From assembly GCA_002269645.1 (NCBI GenBank), contig NIVC01001310.1:284209-348208 (forward strand): a DNA stretch of 64,000 nt, written 5' to 3'. Below the pieces are notes generated by a model. It was not told where the DNA came from. It saw only the letters and a program-made list of their open reading frames with translations, and ran no database searches. The position numbers and the translations under genes are program-made. This document shows positions 25,601 to 37,256 of the stretch, one piece after another (within the stretch, counting starts at the first letter, position 1; each line of letters begins with the position of its first letter). The stretch is from Macrostomum lignano (lineage: Eukaryota).

Positions 25601-27199
25601 TGTACACGTAATCGTTTTGATTTGACAGCTCGCAAACTGAACTAAATTAAAAAAATTATTTCTCACAGAGCAAGCTGAAGGACTACGAAGAGGAGCTGAA
25701 AGACCTGGAGGACAGTCTGTGCGAGACAGACAGCGACAAGAGAGCCTACCTGATGCGCAAGCTGCAGCAGTTTGCCTCAAAAGTACACGCCGCCACGGCC
25801 AGTCCAGAAGATGAGCGGGACGCATTCGCCACGGGCAGCTCCAGCAGTCTGTACAGCAGCTGTCTGACTAATTGTTCGAGCTTTGGCTACTCTGTGAGCA
25901 GGAGCCAGCCTGGTGAGCTGTTTATTCATTACGAGTTTCCTGGCGCACGGGGCGCTTCTATGCGAAATGCAGTATAGATTTTAGTTGTAAATACTTGTAA
26001 CAACCATGTATCATAATCGGCGACTTTTTTAGCACAAAGTCCATGCACATTATAAAATTTCATTCTTTATGCTAAACTGGCCACGCGAACTCGACGTTGC
26101 TTGACGTCCATGGCGAACATTTTATTTCAGCCTGGATCATTGACTACTCAAAAAAAGTGCCCAATGGTGTGTCCGACGAGGTGCAGCTTAGAAGAGGACG
26201 CGAGCTTCCGACTTTCACATTTGTGTTCCCTGTTGTTCAGAAGATTGTATTCGAAGAATATTTGCCAAAAATAGAATACCTGGCGAAGTGGCTACTCGGT
26301 GAGGTGCAGTCTCAAGTTACTAAATCGCTTGAAAACCTGACCGAAAATTGTTTCAAAGCGTTTCCAAGGCTGCTGCTACTTGTGAAAGAAACTGTTGTCA
26401 AGGCGATCGAAGCCCAAGAGGCTGAGTGTCGTGCAGACCTGGCTAAGCTGATTGCACACGAGCGTCGCTTGTTCACTCAGGACAGTCAGTTTTCGGAAAA
26501 ACTGCGTTACGTTACAGAGCAACAAAAGGAGTTGGCTAAGCAACCTGTTCCTCCGTAAGTAACTGCTTTAATTGGGCGTTTACCGAAGGATTTTAGGAGC
26601 TGACGCCCCTTGTTCCTCGCACTCAAAGAAGCGTCCCTAGCTACTACGAAACTCCTGGCTATGCCTCTCACATTTGGATCTAAAAACACTACAAATGGAA
26701 TAGTTATTATATATCCTATGTAAAAGAGGAGGTTCCATTTTTCAGCCCAACCCTTTTTTCGGGTTTCGGAGCCCCGGCAGCATCACAGCCGATCCGAATC
26801 TCTCGCGAGCCTCAAGCAAGCCCAACCACAAGGGCGTCTCAAGGGGGCTTCAAGAGAGCCGAGCCTCAAGTGAGCCGAGCCTCAAGCGAGCCGTCACATG
26901 AGGAGCAAATTCGCCTGGGAACCAAAGCCTACCTGCTGCTGGCCTGTCAGCGCATCTCGGACACGGTGCCAATGTCGGTGCTGTGCCACATGCTCGACGG
27001 CGTGGCCACAAAGCTGGTTGCCGAGATAACTCGACTGTTTGCCGGCGGCAGCCACCAGGTGGACATCCTGGATCTGCTGCGAGAGAAGGAGGGCAGGCAG
27101 CGGAGGAGGCGCTACCTGATTCAGGCTGCTTGTCAGATGCGCGAGTCGCGGAAGGAGCTGCAGAGCGCCAAGCAGAACCGCATGCTGCTAGAGGACTGA
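22678..27199 (+). CDS. Mx: Mx-like dynamin-family GTPase, copy 1 (intact, 743 aa); exons 22678-22746, 22851-23215, 24576-25251, 25669-25912, 26131-26554, 26746-27199
   Basis: G1 [10 protein letters not shown]2 [14 protein letters not shown]3 DLPG, G4-position TCPD, stalk motif RGRELPTF and [18 protein letters not shown]. There is no PH or PRD domain. All six exons join in phase with GT-AG introns (2232 nt). Confidence 0.92.
23631..24367. mobile_element. Non-autonomous element with ~155-bp terminal inverted repeats in Mx copy 1 intron 2
   Basis: The left arm starts AAAGGGGATGTGAAC (23631-~23785). The right arm (~24215-24367) is its reverse complement at roughly 85% identity. A partial third copy lies at ~23820-23885. 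Confidence 0.75.
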
Positions 27200-28795
27200 G
27201 ACAAGCGCCTCTATTTGAGATGAAAAATGAAAGACTGTTCATGCGAACACGAATTTACCTAAATTTACTTTACCTATCTTCGAAGTGACCACAAATAATA
27301 TACCTTTGAACGGAGACTAACAAAAGTACTTTTGAATGGTAGCTCCATGTATGCCACCGCACAGACCCCGACTGAACAATTTGATACTTTAGAAATAACC
27401 CTGACGACCCCAACTACAAGCGTATCTCGGAACTCTTGAACTCTGGTGGAACGGAAAACTTTATTAGAAATGTCTCAAAAATACCCGAAAATGTTTATCA
27501 ACTACTTACAGTACTCCTATTCATCTGCTGTATCCATTTATAACCATTTTTTAACCAAGTCTTGTAAGCTTTGACGAAGTTTTTAAGCAGCATCAATTTT
27601 TTAATTGTATTGCAGCACGATCAGTTTTTATTAGTATTTAATGCAGGAATTCCATTTCACAATAAATCTTAATAATCTAAAAGTTTTTATGTTTGTATGA
27701 TCTTTATGATAGTTTTATGATAGTTTTAATGATCTAAAACATGGTTAAACACGTCTCTAATCGTAATCTATTTATTAAAATTCGCACTTGAGCATGTTTT
27801 GTTCTCTTTTCTACTTAAACTATTGCAATACTTGCCTCAAGAAGTCATGAAAAGGAATAATCTCTAAAGCAAACAAATTTAACTTGTTATTAAATACACT
27901 TTGTTAAAATTTCGAGTTGAGCAAATTTTCCTATTGCAACTGCAGTGTCCTAAAATTATATTAAATTAGGGAAAGCTATTTGTGTTTGGATATCATTGTT
28001 ATTTCTTCCGACACATGTGTTTAGCTTTCATTTCAAGCTTCAAATGCCAACCTAAAGCAAATACGCAGAACAAAAATAGCGACCAGATATGAATTGCTGT
28101 TATATTCACAGAAATGTCCGATGCAAAGTTCGTCTTTCTGCCAATAACAAAATACACAGCAACAATGCATGCATAACGCGATGTTTTCGATGTTTTAAAC
28201 ACCGGTTATCTTCTGCCATCAGACAGCGGTGGAACAAAAGACAACTACCGGAGATGCTTCTCTTTGTCTACACATTTTAAACTTCAAAACCGAAAGGATT
28301 AGCGTGCCTCTTAGGGCTTCTTTAGGATTTATGAGTTTTCTACAATTTCATCCCTTGCCGTCGATGAGATGGGGAGCCGCTTTCCTAACGACGGCAGGGT
28401 TTACACAAACAGCGCATGCAATTAAAACAGCACTAGACATGGCCCGTTACTACGGGGGCGGGGGCTGGACGGTTAGACTGCGGAGTTGCTCTGGTTGCGT
28501 TAGAGCGTCAGGGGAGAGCTCAGTTCTGCGTTCGTTTACTGTCCTTCTGTGCGGGCCGGCCAACGCATCCACCCCTCAGTTGCCACGCCAGGTCGGGGCT
28601 GGGCGTCGGTCCCGGGCCTGCACTGCGGCTCCTCCTCAGGAGCGGCCTCCGCGCTGGGCTCATTAAGAATTCGCCGGCCGGCCGTCTCCGCTTGTCAACC
28701 GTCCAGGTCAAATTGCAGCCTCGCCTTTGATCTCTGGCTGAAATGGATGGGAGCTGCTGAAGCTTTGCCATGCGCTGCATGTGCTATTTACGTGT

Positions 28796-28980
<185 letters not shown>

Positions 28981-29505
28981 ACACTTAGGCATACTGATGC
29001 CACCCTTCGTAACATGTCAGTAGTACGAAGGGTGCACATGAAACTAGCTCTTACTGCGAGAAAAAAAGCACAGAAAAAACAGGTTTCCAGGAAATAGTTC
29101 ACACGCACATCTGCAGGAATTTTTTGGAAATTTTTGGCGCAGTTCATTATATGTACATGGATGAAAAGGGTGTACAGTTTATCATTATCGTTCCCTGTAG
29201 AAATTCCAACGGACAGTGGTGTATCAGTGCTTAAATGGGAGTGTGAATATGCACTGTACTGCCCGTTGTTCTTATTCAAAATATTTTGCCCTGCCGGCAA
29301 TTTGTTTTCTCTGACTTTGAGTTTCTAAAACGCAAGTCATTTTTTGGATTCTGTATAGCAGACGTACTATACAAACCTGAAATGTCATCGCGGAGTTCGC
29401 CAAATTTGTCGTCAAACAAGCGGGTAAATCATTTTTGTAGTGCTTAGCCATAAAATTTACCGCGCTACATTTGAGTAAAAGACTACTACTTTTCCACTGC
29501 TACTG

Positions 29506-29540
<35 letters not shown>

Positions 29541-30367
29541 GTTACTACTACTAGCAGTACGAACAATACTACCTTTTCTCCCACAGCAGCACAAGTCCTC
29601 TGATGGCCCGACCCCGGCGAAACAGGTCAAGAGCCCTGATGCCACTGAGACTGTGTTGCTAAGCGCTGCTGCAGACGCCTCCAAGACGTTCACTCCAGCG
29701 CTCAGTCAGCAGTATCGCGAGCGAATCCGGCCAGTGCTGAACAGCATCGATCGTCTCCGGTCGCACGGCCTACAAAATGAGCTCCGCCTGCCCACAGTAG
29801 CCGTTGTGGGCGACCAATCGGTGGCAAATCCAGCGTGCTGGAGGCCATCTCGGGCGTGGACTTGCCGCGCGGTAGCGGCATTGTGACTCGCTGCCCGCTG
29901 CAGCTGAGCATGCGCTCAAAGCCAACTGGAGACTGGACTGGTAGGATTAGGTGAGCATTTTTATAGTTCTATCAATTCACCTTCTTAGAACTCCTTTCTG
30001 AATTGACATTAAATGCACATAAAAAATATCTTGCAAATATTAGCAAATTTTGACAGATTTGACAGCGCGGGTATTTGTCTTGCTAAAAAACATTTTCTCA
30101 ATTACACTGCATGATATGAAATACCAGCAATGAGGCTATTCTGCCCTTTCTACTGACCCCTGAGTACATACAAGAGCGCCAGTAATGTACACAGGCACGC
30201 GACTCCCACACACTCACACAAGGTGCACAGGGGCCCCGCACGGACAACCAACTGGCCAATATTTGTCCCAAATGAATGTGGCCGCACAGGCCCGAAATGA
30301 ACTAGCTTCCTTTCTGCTGAAAACTAGCAGGCACTTTAGATTGAAATAAAAAGTCAAGTTGAAAAGT

Positions 30368-31060
30368 AAAGGGGATGTGAACTTAAGAGTCAAAATGGAG
30401 CCCGAAACATTCGGTCCCGGTTTCTCTACGCCAATCCCTTCATTTGGAGCCAAACAGCTGCCGTTATGCCGAAAACCCGACCACTTTAGCATTTGAGGAT
30501 TCCTATGAGGAGAAATGGGATTAATGGGGAAGAATTCATGTGACTTCAGGTTCCAAAAAGAAGCATGAAGCATTGAGTCCCGGTTTCTCTACGCCAATGC
30601 CTTCATTTGGAGCTTCAAACGCTTAAAAAACGAGATGACCATGATATACGCTCCCCTTTTGGCACTTTTCATGTTTGTAGGAAGAATAGGAGCGATAGTA
30701 ATGTTATTTAATGCCCCCATTATTTGTTTCTTAATAATGTTTATGTTATCTTCTCCACCCCAGCTCTCGTCAAGGGGGGTTTGTATCACACATATTAGAC
30801 CGACGATTTCTACCTCGACGAAGCGGAGGTTAACCCGAAGTTTTGAGACGGAGGGTGGTAAACATCATTTTCGCACATCTATATCGTGTCAAAGGTGCAA
30901 AGCTCCCCCACAACCATTTCTCCCCATAGAGATCCCCAAATGCTAAAGTTCGGGTTTTCGCATGACGGCAGCTTTTTGGCTCCAAATGAAGGGATTGGCG
31001 TAGAAAAATCAGGACCGAATGTTTCGAACTCCATTTTACTCTTAAGTTCACATCCCCTTT
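30368..31060. mobile_element. Paralogous TIR element in Mx copy 2 intron 2
   Basis: The same AAAGGGGATGTGAAC...GTTCACATCCCCTTT inverted arms as at 23631-24367, with a small internal deletion. Confidence 0.75.
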
Positions 31061-32831
31061 GTAAACTGCTGCTGGGCAGCACATCATTTGCCTTCGTCGA
31101 GAAAACGTTCTTCCAGTACTCCAGGCTGCAAAATTACAAAGATACGTGGGTAAAGTATTTCAAAAGTCATTCCAATGTCTTCAAAGTTAACCAGCTGTAA
31201 TTTCACAAGTGTCGTTTCCTCTCTCCTAAGAGCCTTTTCTGACAAGACACCCTTCCAACCCCGACAACAGCTACCAAAATCGCAAGGGCGAGCACGTCGA
31301 GCGTAAAATATCGAAAAAATGTGAAGTAGACGAAATGTGCGCAAAGTACAAAACGAAATCACTGGCGACTCGAACGCGCGTATCTACGGAGCAGATCGAC
31401 CTGACCATTGAGAGCGCGGATGTGTCCGACCTCACCCTGGTTGACCTGCCCGGCATTGCCAGGTACTCTGAGAAGAATCCGAAGATCAACGAGGTCACCA
31501 AGCAGCTGATTCTGTCTTACATCAGCCAGGACCAGGTGATCATCCTGGTTGTTGTACCCTGCAGCGTGGACATCGAGACAGTGGAGGCCATTGCTCTAGC
31601 CAAACAGGTGGACCCAGGGGGCACCAGGACGATCGGAGTCCTGACTTGCCCGGACCTGACCAACCCTGGCAGCGAGGAGGACATCAAAGCCATCGTCAAC
31701 AACCAAGGCAGAGTGCGACTGCACAAAGGCTTTGTCATGGTGAAATGCCGCAGCCCCAAGGAGCTCAGGAACAACATCAGTCTGAGCGAGGTGGCCAAAA
31801 TCGAGGAGGATTATTTCAAAAACGATCCGCACTTCAGCCAGCTGCCAAAGGATATTGTTGGCACAAAGACGCTGGCAGAGAAGCTGACAAATGAGTTGTT
31901 CAAGGCAGTGGCTGCGGGCATTGAGACTCTGGAGGAGAGTCTGAAGGTAAGCCAACTGAGAAAGTCAGCTCCACGGGGGAGTTGGCGAACTTCGGTCCTC
32001 AAAGCCTTTCCATTCGGCCTTTAAATACTTTAAATACTTTATATGCAATCCGGCCCACTCAAGGTTTATGTATTTTCTCAGCTCTTCTCCACTCTCCCTT
32101 CTTCTCTTCACTCTCCCATATTTTCTCTTTCCTCTCTCTTCCCTCTCTTTTCTTTTTTACTCTCTCCCTCCTATCACCTATAATCGACTAATCCTGTCTC
32201 TTCTGATATAAGACTTGATGTGGCTGAATGCTTTTAGGTCAGATTTCTATTTGGCGCTTGTTTTCATTTGCGCATGCGTGCTTAGGGTCAACCGAATGTA
32301 CACGTAATCGTTTTGATTTGACAGCTCGCAAACTGAACTAAATTAAAAAAATTATTTCTCACAGAGCAAGCTGAAGGACTACGAAGAGGAGCTGAAAGAC
32401 CTGGAGGACAGTCTGTGCGAGACAGACAGCGACAAGAGAGCCTACCTGATGCGCAAGCTGCAGCAGTTTGCCTCAAAAGTACACGCCGCCACGGCCAGTC
32501 CAGAAGATGAGCGGGACGCATTCGCCACGGGCAGCTCCAGCAGTCTGTACAGCAGCTGTCTGACTAATTGTTCGAGCTTTGGCTACTCTGTGAGCAGGAG
32601 CCAGCCTGGTGAGCTGTTTATTGATTACGAGTTTACTGGCGCACGGGGCGCTTCTATGCGAAATATAGATTTTAGTTGTAAATACTTGTAACACATACTT
32701 GTAACATTAAATACTTGTAACAAGCTTGTATCGTAATCGTCGATTTTAATCTTGCTTTTGTTTTAGCACAAAATCCATGCACAGTTTAAAAAATGTTTCA
32801 CTTTATGCTAAACTCGTCGTTGCTTGACGTC

Positions 32832-35800
32832 TGATGTGGATGGACTCTTATTAGTATATCCATGTCTATGGCCCTGACCTCCACCGCCTACGTGCTAAGA
32901 GGCAGGGCGATTAAATATTGTTTTAAGCTCCTTGGCTCGCCACCAGAGCAGCCCAAATTACATTATACCAAAGCATATAACATGGCATCGCAAGCAGGCA
33001 CTGAAACCGTGGGCTAAAGCTTCTGGCAAAGAAACCACAAGATACCCCCAAAGCAGCAGCGCTCTACGTCGGCATCGCCTTCAAGGCAGAAGCCAGAAAA
33101 GTCGGAACGATCATCAGCAGCATCAGCAGCATCATCAGCAGCATACTCTTGAGGCATACTTCGATTCAGTTAGCATCCAGCACGAGGAATCAGACAGCAT
33201 CCACGTAACTCGGAAGAAAATGGCAGCTCGACGAGCTTGCATGTTGAACGCAGTTACATCTGCTACCTTCTCGAAGTATAAGAATCTACCTCTGACGGAT
33301 CAACAATTCAAGGACCCAGAGATTGTCATGAATTTCATCAGAGATCACGTACTCGGACAGGTTAATATCATCGTAGAGAGGAACAGGTTCTGGAAACGGC
33401 AACAAAATGACGGAGAAAATTTTAACGACTGTCATGCAATTGAGGGACCTGATGCGAACATGTAAGTTCTGTAAGCATTCCAACGACCTACTGAGGGATA
33501 AAATTGTGCTATGAGTACGAAATCCGGAGACAATCAAGCATCTATTAGCACAACCAGATCTCTCTCTCTCGCTGACGCGCTGACAATATGTAGATCAGAG
33601 GAAGCCTGTGAGATCCAAAAAATGAAATCTGCACAGCTTCACAGGTGTCCATAGTGCGCAAACACCGAGGAAAAACTCCAGGTGGGGCTCGATCAAAGAC
33701 TCCAGAAGCAAAGAAATGCACTGCCTGTGGTAAAGGGCGACATCAGCGCTCAGAATGTCCCGCCAAGGACAAGAAGTGCTTTAACTGCGGTCGCATTGGA
33801 CATTTTGGTTCCATGTGCCGGTCCAGTCGCAGCACTGGTCATCCGGATAAAAGGCGACCACCGAGAATCTCAACTTTGGTTTCTACACTGGAACCCGCAA
33901 CCCCAACAGTAGTAGTCTCGATAAATGGGGAGCAGCTGGAAATGATGCCCGATACGGGATCCAATATCGATCCAATCCGAGAATGCGATTGCAAAAAGCT
34001 CCGCATCCGTGTTGCACAACTAAGGCATGACGCCATATTTCCTAAATCAGCCAGTGGACAGTTCATTAAGAGTGACGGCAATTTCTCCGCCACAATAACG
34101 CTGAACGGGAAGCACGCAGCGACAAGGATTCATGTGCTGAAGAACTTGGTCGCGCCAGTGCTGTCCTGGCAGAGCTGTAGAAAACTGGGAATCATCCCTA
34201 AAGAGTTTCCAAGTCAGATAAACCAGATAACTCAGGTTCTGACGAATGACGGAAGAAAACATACAGAACTGGATTTGATCCAAGAATTCCCGAGGGTCTT
34301 CGACGGAGTAATTCGGCCGATGAAGGGCGAAAAATTTTCGATTGTGCTCAAAATAGGACGCGATCCCATTTTCCGTGAAGACGCCACGCCGGCTATCACT
34401 GCCACTGCATGAAAAACTTAAAAACGAACTCGATGCCTTGGAAAGACAGCAAATTATCTGCAAAATAACAGAGCCGACACCCTGGTGCGCTCCAATAGTC
34501 GTAGCCCCGAAGAAGGGCACTGACCGAATTCGTCTTTGCGTAGATTTTAGAGAGATAAACAAATACGTTCTGAGACCTCGATACTAATCACCAACACCAC
34601 TGGAAGTTGTGGCCAGCACCAATGTATCCAACGCAGAATGGTTTACAGTTGTTGATGCATTGAAAGGATCCCATCAAGTACCACTCCACGAAGACAGTAT
34701 GCCACTGACAACATTTATTACTCCTTATGGAACATACATGTTCAGAATGGCACCTTTCGGGATCAGCTCTATCTCAGAATATTACAACAGGAGACTGGAT
34801 AGTGTTCTACAGGGCTTGAAAGATACTCGCCACATTGTGGATGACTGCATAATCGCAAGCGCCGACTACGAAAGCCAAATCCAAGCTGTTCGCGAATTTA
34901 TTTATCGGTGTGACGAGAGTGGAATATCATTGAATAAGAAAAAATTTGTCTTCGCCAAGAAAATGTAAAGTTTGCTGGATTTATCCTTACACTAAAGTGC
35001 TATCAGGTGGACCCTGACATGACAGCAGCCATTGCTCAATTCCCTGAGCCATCAAATGTTACAGAATTACGCGCATTTATGGGCCAAGTGAATCAAATAG
35101 GACCATTCACAGATTCGATCGCAGAATGTACCTCGATATTAAGACCTCTACTGAGCGCGAAGAATTCATTCATCTGGAACGAGGAGCACCAAAAAGCCTT
35201 CGATAAGGCACGAATCCATCTGTCTAAAGTCCCATCATTCGCATACTACGATCACACGAAGCCAACCGCACTGCACACCGACGCATCAAGGTTGAAGGGA
35301 CTCGGATTTGTTCTCAAGCAGCAACAACCTGACGGCGCCTGGCGAATGATTCAGGCAGGATCACGGTTTCTGGCTGACGCGGAGACGCGATATGCTATGA
35401 TCGAGCTCGAGTTTCTAGCAATTGTGTGGGCTTCGCAAAAATGGACTCTCTTGTTTTTTAAGGACTCGATTCATTTCAAATCGTGACTGACCACAAGCCA
35501 CTTATTCCGATATTAAACGGCTACCAACTAGACCAAATCGAAAACCCGAGGTTGCAGCGCCTTCGTGCCAAGCTTAATCGCTACAACTATGAAGCAAAAT
35601 GGGTACGAGGTAAAGACAATGTATATGCCGATGCACTATCAAGAGCTCCGATTGCAAATGCAACTGAAGAAGATCAGATTGATGAGAATCAAGCTCTAAG
35701 TAGTGTGAATTTGTTGACTATGGTAATGGAAGATAGGGAAATTGACTTTAACATGAAGAGAATACAAGAACACGTAAAGAAGGACACAGAAATGCAAGAG

Positions 35801-37256
35801 CTTATCCAAGTAATAGAGAATGGATTCCCGAACGATAAAGCTAATCTTCCAGTTAATCTAAGACCGTACTGGCACATTAGACATAAGCTTGTCGTCTAAA
35901 ACGGAGTCGTTCTCAATGGATGCCGTTGTATCATCCCTAAAGAAATGCGAAAAGAAGTTTTGAGAACACTACATTCAAGTCACCAAGGTGCTACTAAGAC
36001 CAAAGCAAGAGCAAGAATGGTCGTCTATTGGCCCAGCATGGAACGTCAGATCGATGACACAATAAAGCAATGCAATGCATGCCAAGAAACCCGTCCAAGT
36101 CAGGTCAGAGAACCGATGTTGCCGAGAACTACACCAGCAAGGTGCTTCCAGGAAGTTCATGCTGACTTTTGTGAACACCGCGGCAGGCAATTCCTAATGA
36201 TAGTGGACGGATACTCTGGATGGATCAACATATGGAACTTCGGACAAAATGCTCCGGTTTACAAGCTGATTAACGCGTGCCGTGAGCTATTTTGTCAGAC
36301 AGCTGTACCGGAATTGTTCTGGTCAGACTCAGGTCCTCAGTTCGAGGCCAGCGCATTTGGTAACTTTTTGAAGAGATGGGAGTCGAGTCCAGATTCTCAT
36401 CCCCATACCACCACCAAAGCAACGGGAGAGCCGAAGCGGCAGTCAAGTCAGCCAAAAAGATCATCAGAGGATCGTGGGATTATCGCAACAATGACATAAA
36501 CAAGGACAAAATGGCGGAAGGAATACTTATCTATAGAAACACACCTATGTATGACGGACGCATTCCTTCTATTATGCTGTATGGACACCCAGCAAGAGAG
36601 ATTCACTCCTGCTCATCGAAGAAGCTTTAATCCCGAATGGTACAACACGATTAAACAAATGGAGGACACAGCATCAGAAGTTCACGAGGCTGTGGAGCAA
36701 ACAAGTCCAAGAGAAGCCTCGATGGAATCCGAATAGGGTCGACTGTAGTTCTTCAAGAGCCAACAACGAAACTGTGGCAACGGAGAGGAGTAGTGGTAGA
36801 GGTCGGAAAAACACCGCGACTACCTGGTAAAGTTGGCGAGCGGCAGAATACTACGGAGAAACCGCATTTACATACGGCCAACATTGCCACTGACCGCCGA
36901 CAACTGGAAAATGACAAAGACGACAAACGGCGAAAGTACAAGACGTACGGAGACGACTTGTACTACGACGGCCAATCAACCAAGCAAGGAGAAACCTCGA
37001 AGTAGCTCGAGAGCAACGAAGGGCATCCCGCCCGCCCGACTCCAGTACAGTAGGCTAGGACATCCAAAAGTTAATTTTGTCGAGTGATAAGGACACTGAA
37101 TTGAAAGGGGAGATGATGTGGATCGACTCTTATTAGTATATCCATGTCTATGGCCCTGACCTCCACCGCCTACGTGCTAAGAGGCAGGGCGATTAAATAT
37201 ATTGTTTTAAGCTCCTTGGCTCGCCACCAGAGCAGCCCAAATTACATTATATAACA
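32832..37256 (+). mobile_element. Full-length Ty3/Gypsy LTR retrotransposon, Mag-like; LTRs 32832-32982 and 37114-37256, 5-bp TSD ACGTC
   Basis: TG...CA LTRs of ~150 bp are near-identical. PBS TGGCATCGCAAGCAGG at 32983; PPT GAAAGGGGAGA at 37103-37113. ACGTC flanks both ends (32827-32831, 37257-37261) and is single at the empty site in copy 1. Gag has tandem knuckles CTACGKGRHQRSEC/CFNCGRIGHFGSMC, followed by PR (DTG), RT (VDD), RNase H (TDAS) and IN (HHCC, D-D-E) in Gypsy order, with several frameshifts and stops. Confidence 0.95.

Noticed and set aside
22678-27199. Classical dynamin or Drp1 assignment for the GTPases
   Set aside because: There is no PH, PRD or insert-B domain, and the LPRG(T/S)[14 protein letters not shown] and GED motifs with overall length fit Mx-like proteins. 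A phylogeny is still needed for formal orthology.
29048-29059. CTCTTACTGCGA upstream of Mx copy 2 (similar at 22257), resembling part of a flatworm spliced-leader sequence as I recall it
   Set aside because: A match of only ~12 nt is plausible by chance. There is no adjacent donor or Sm site, and the reference sequence is from memory and unverified.
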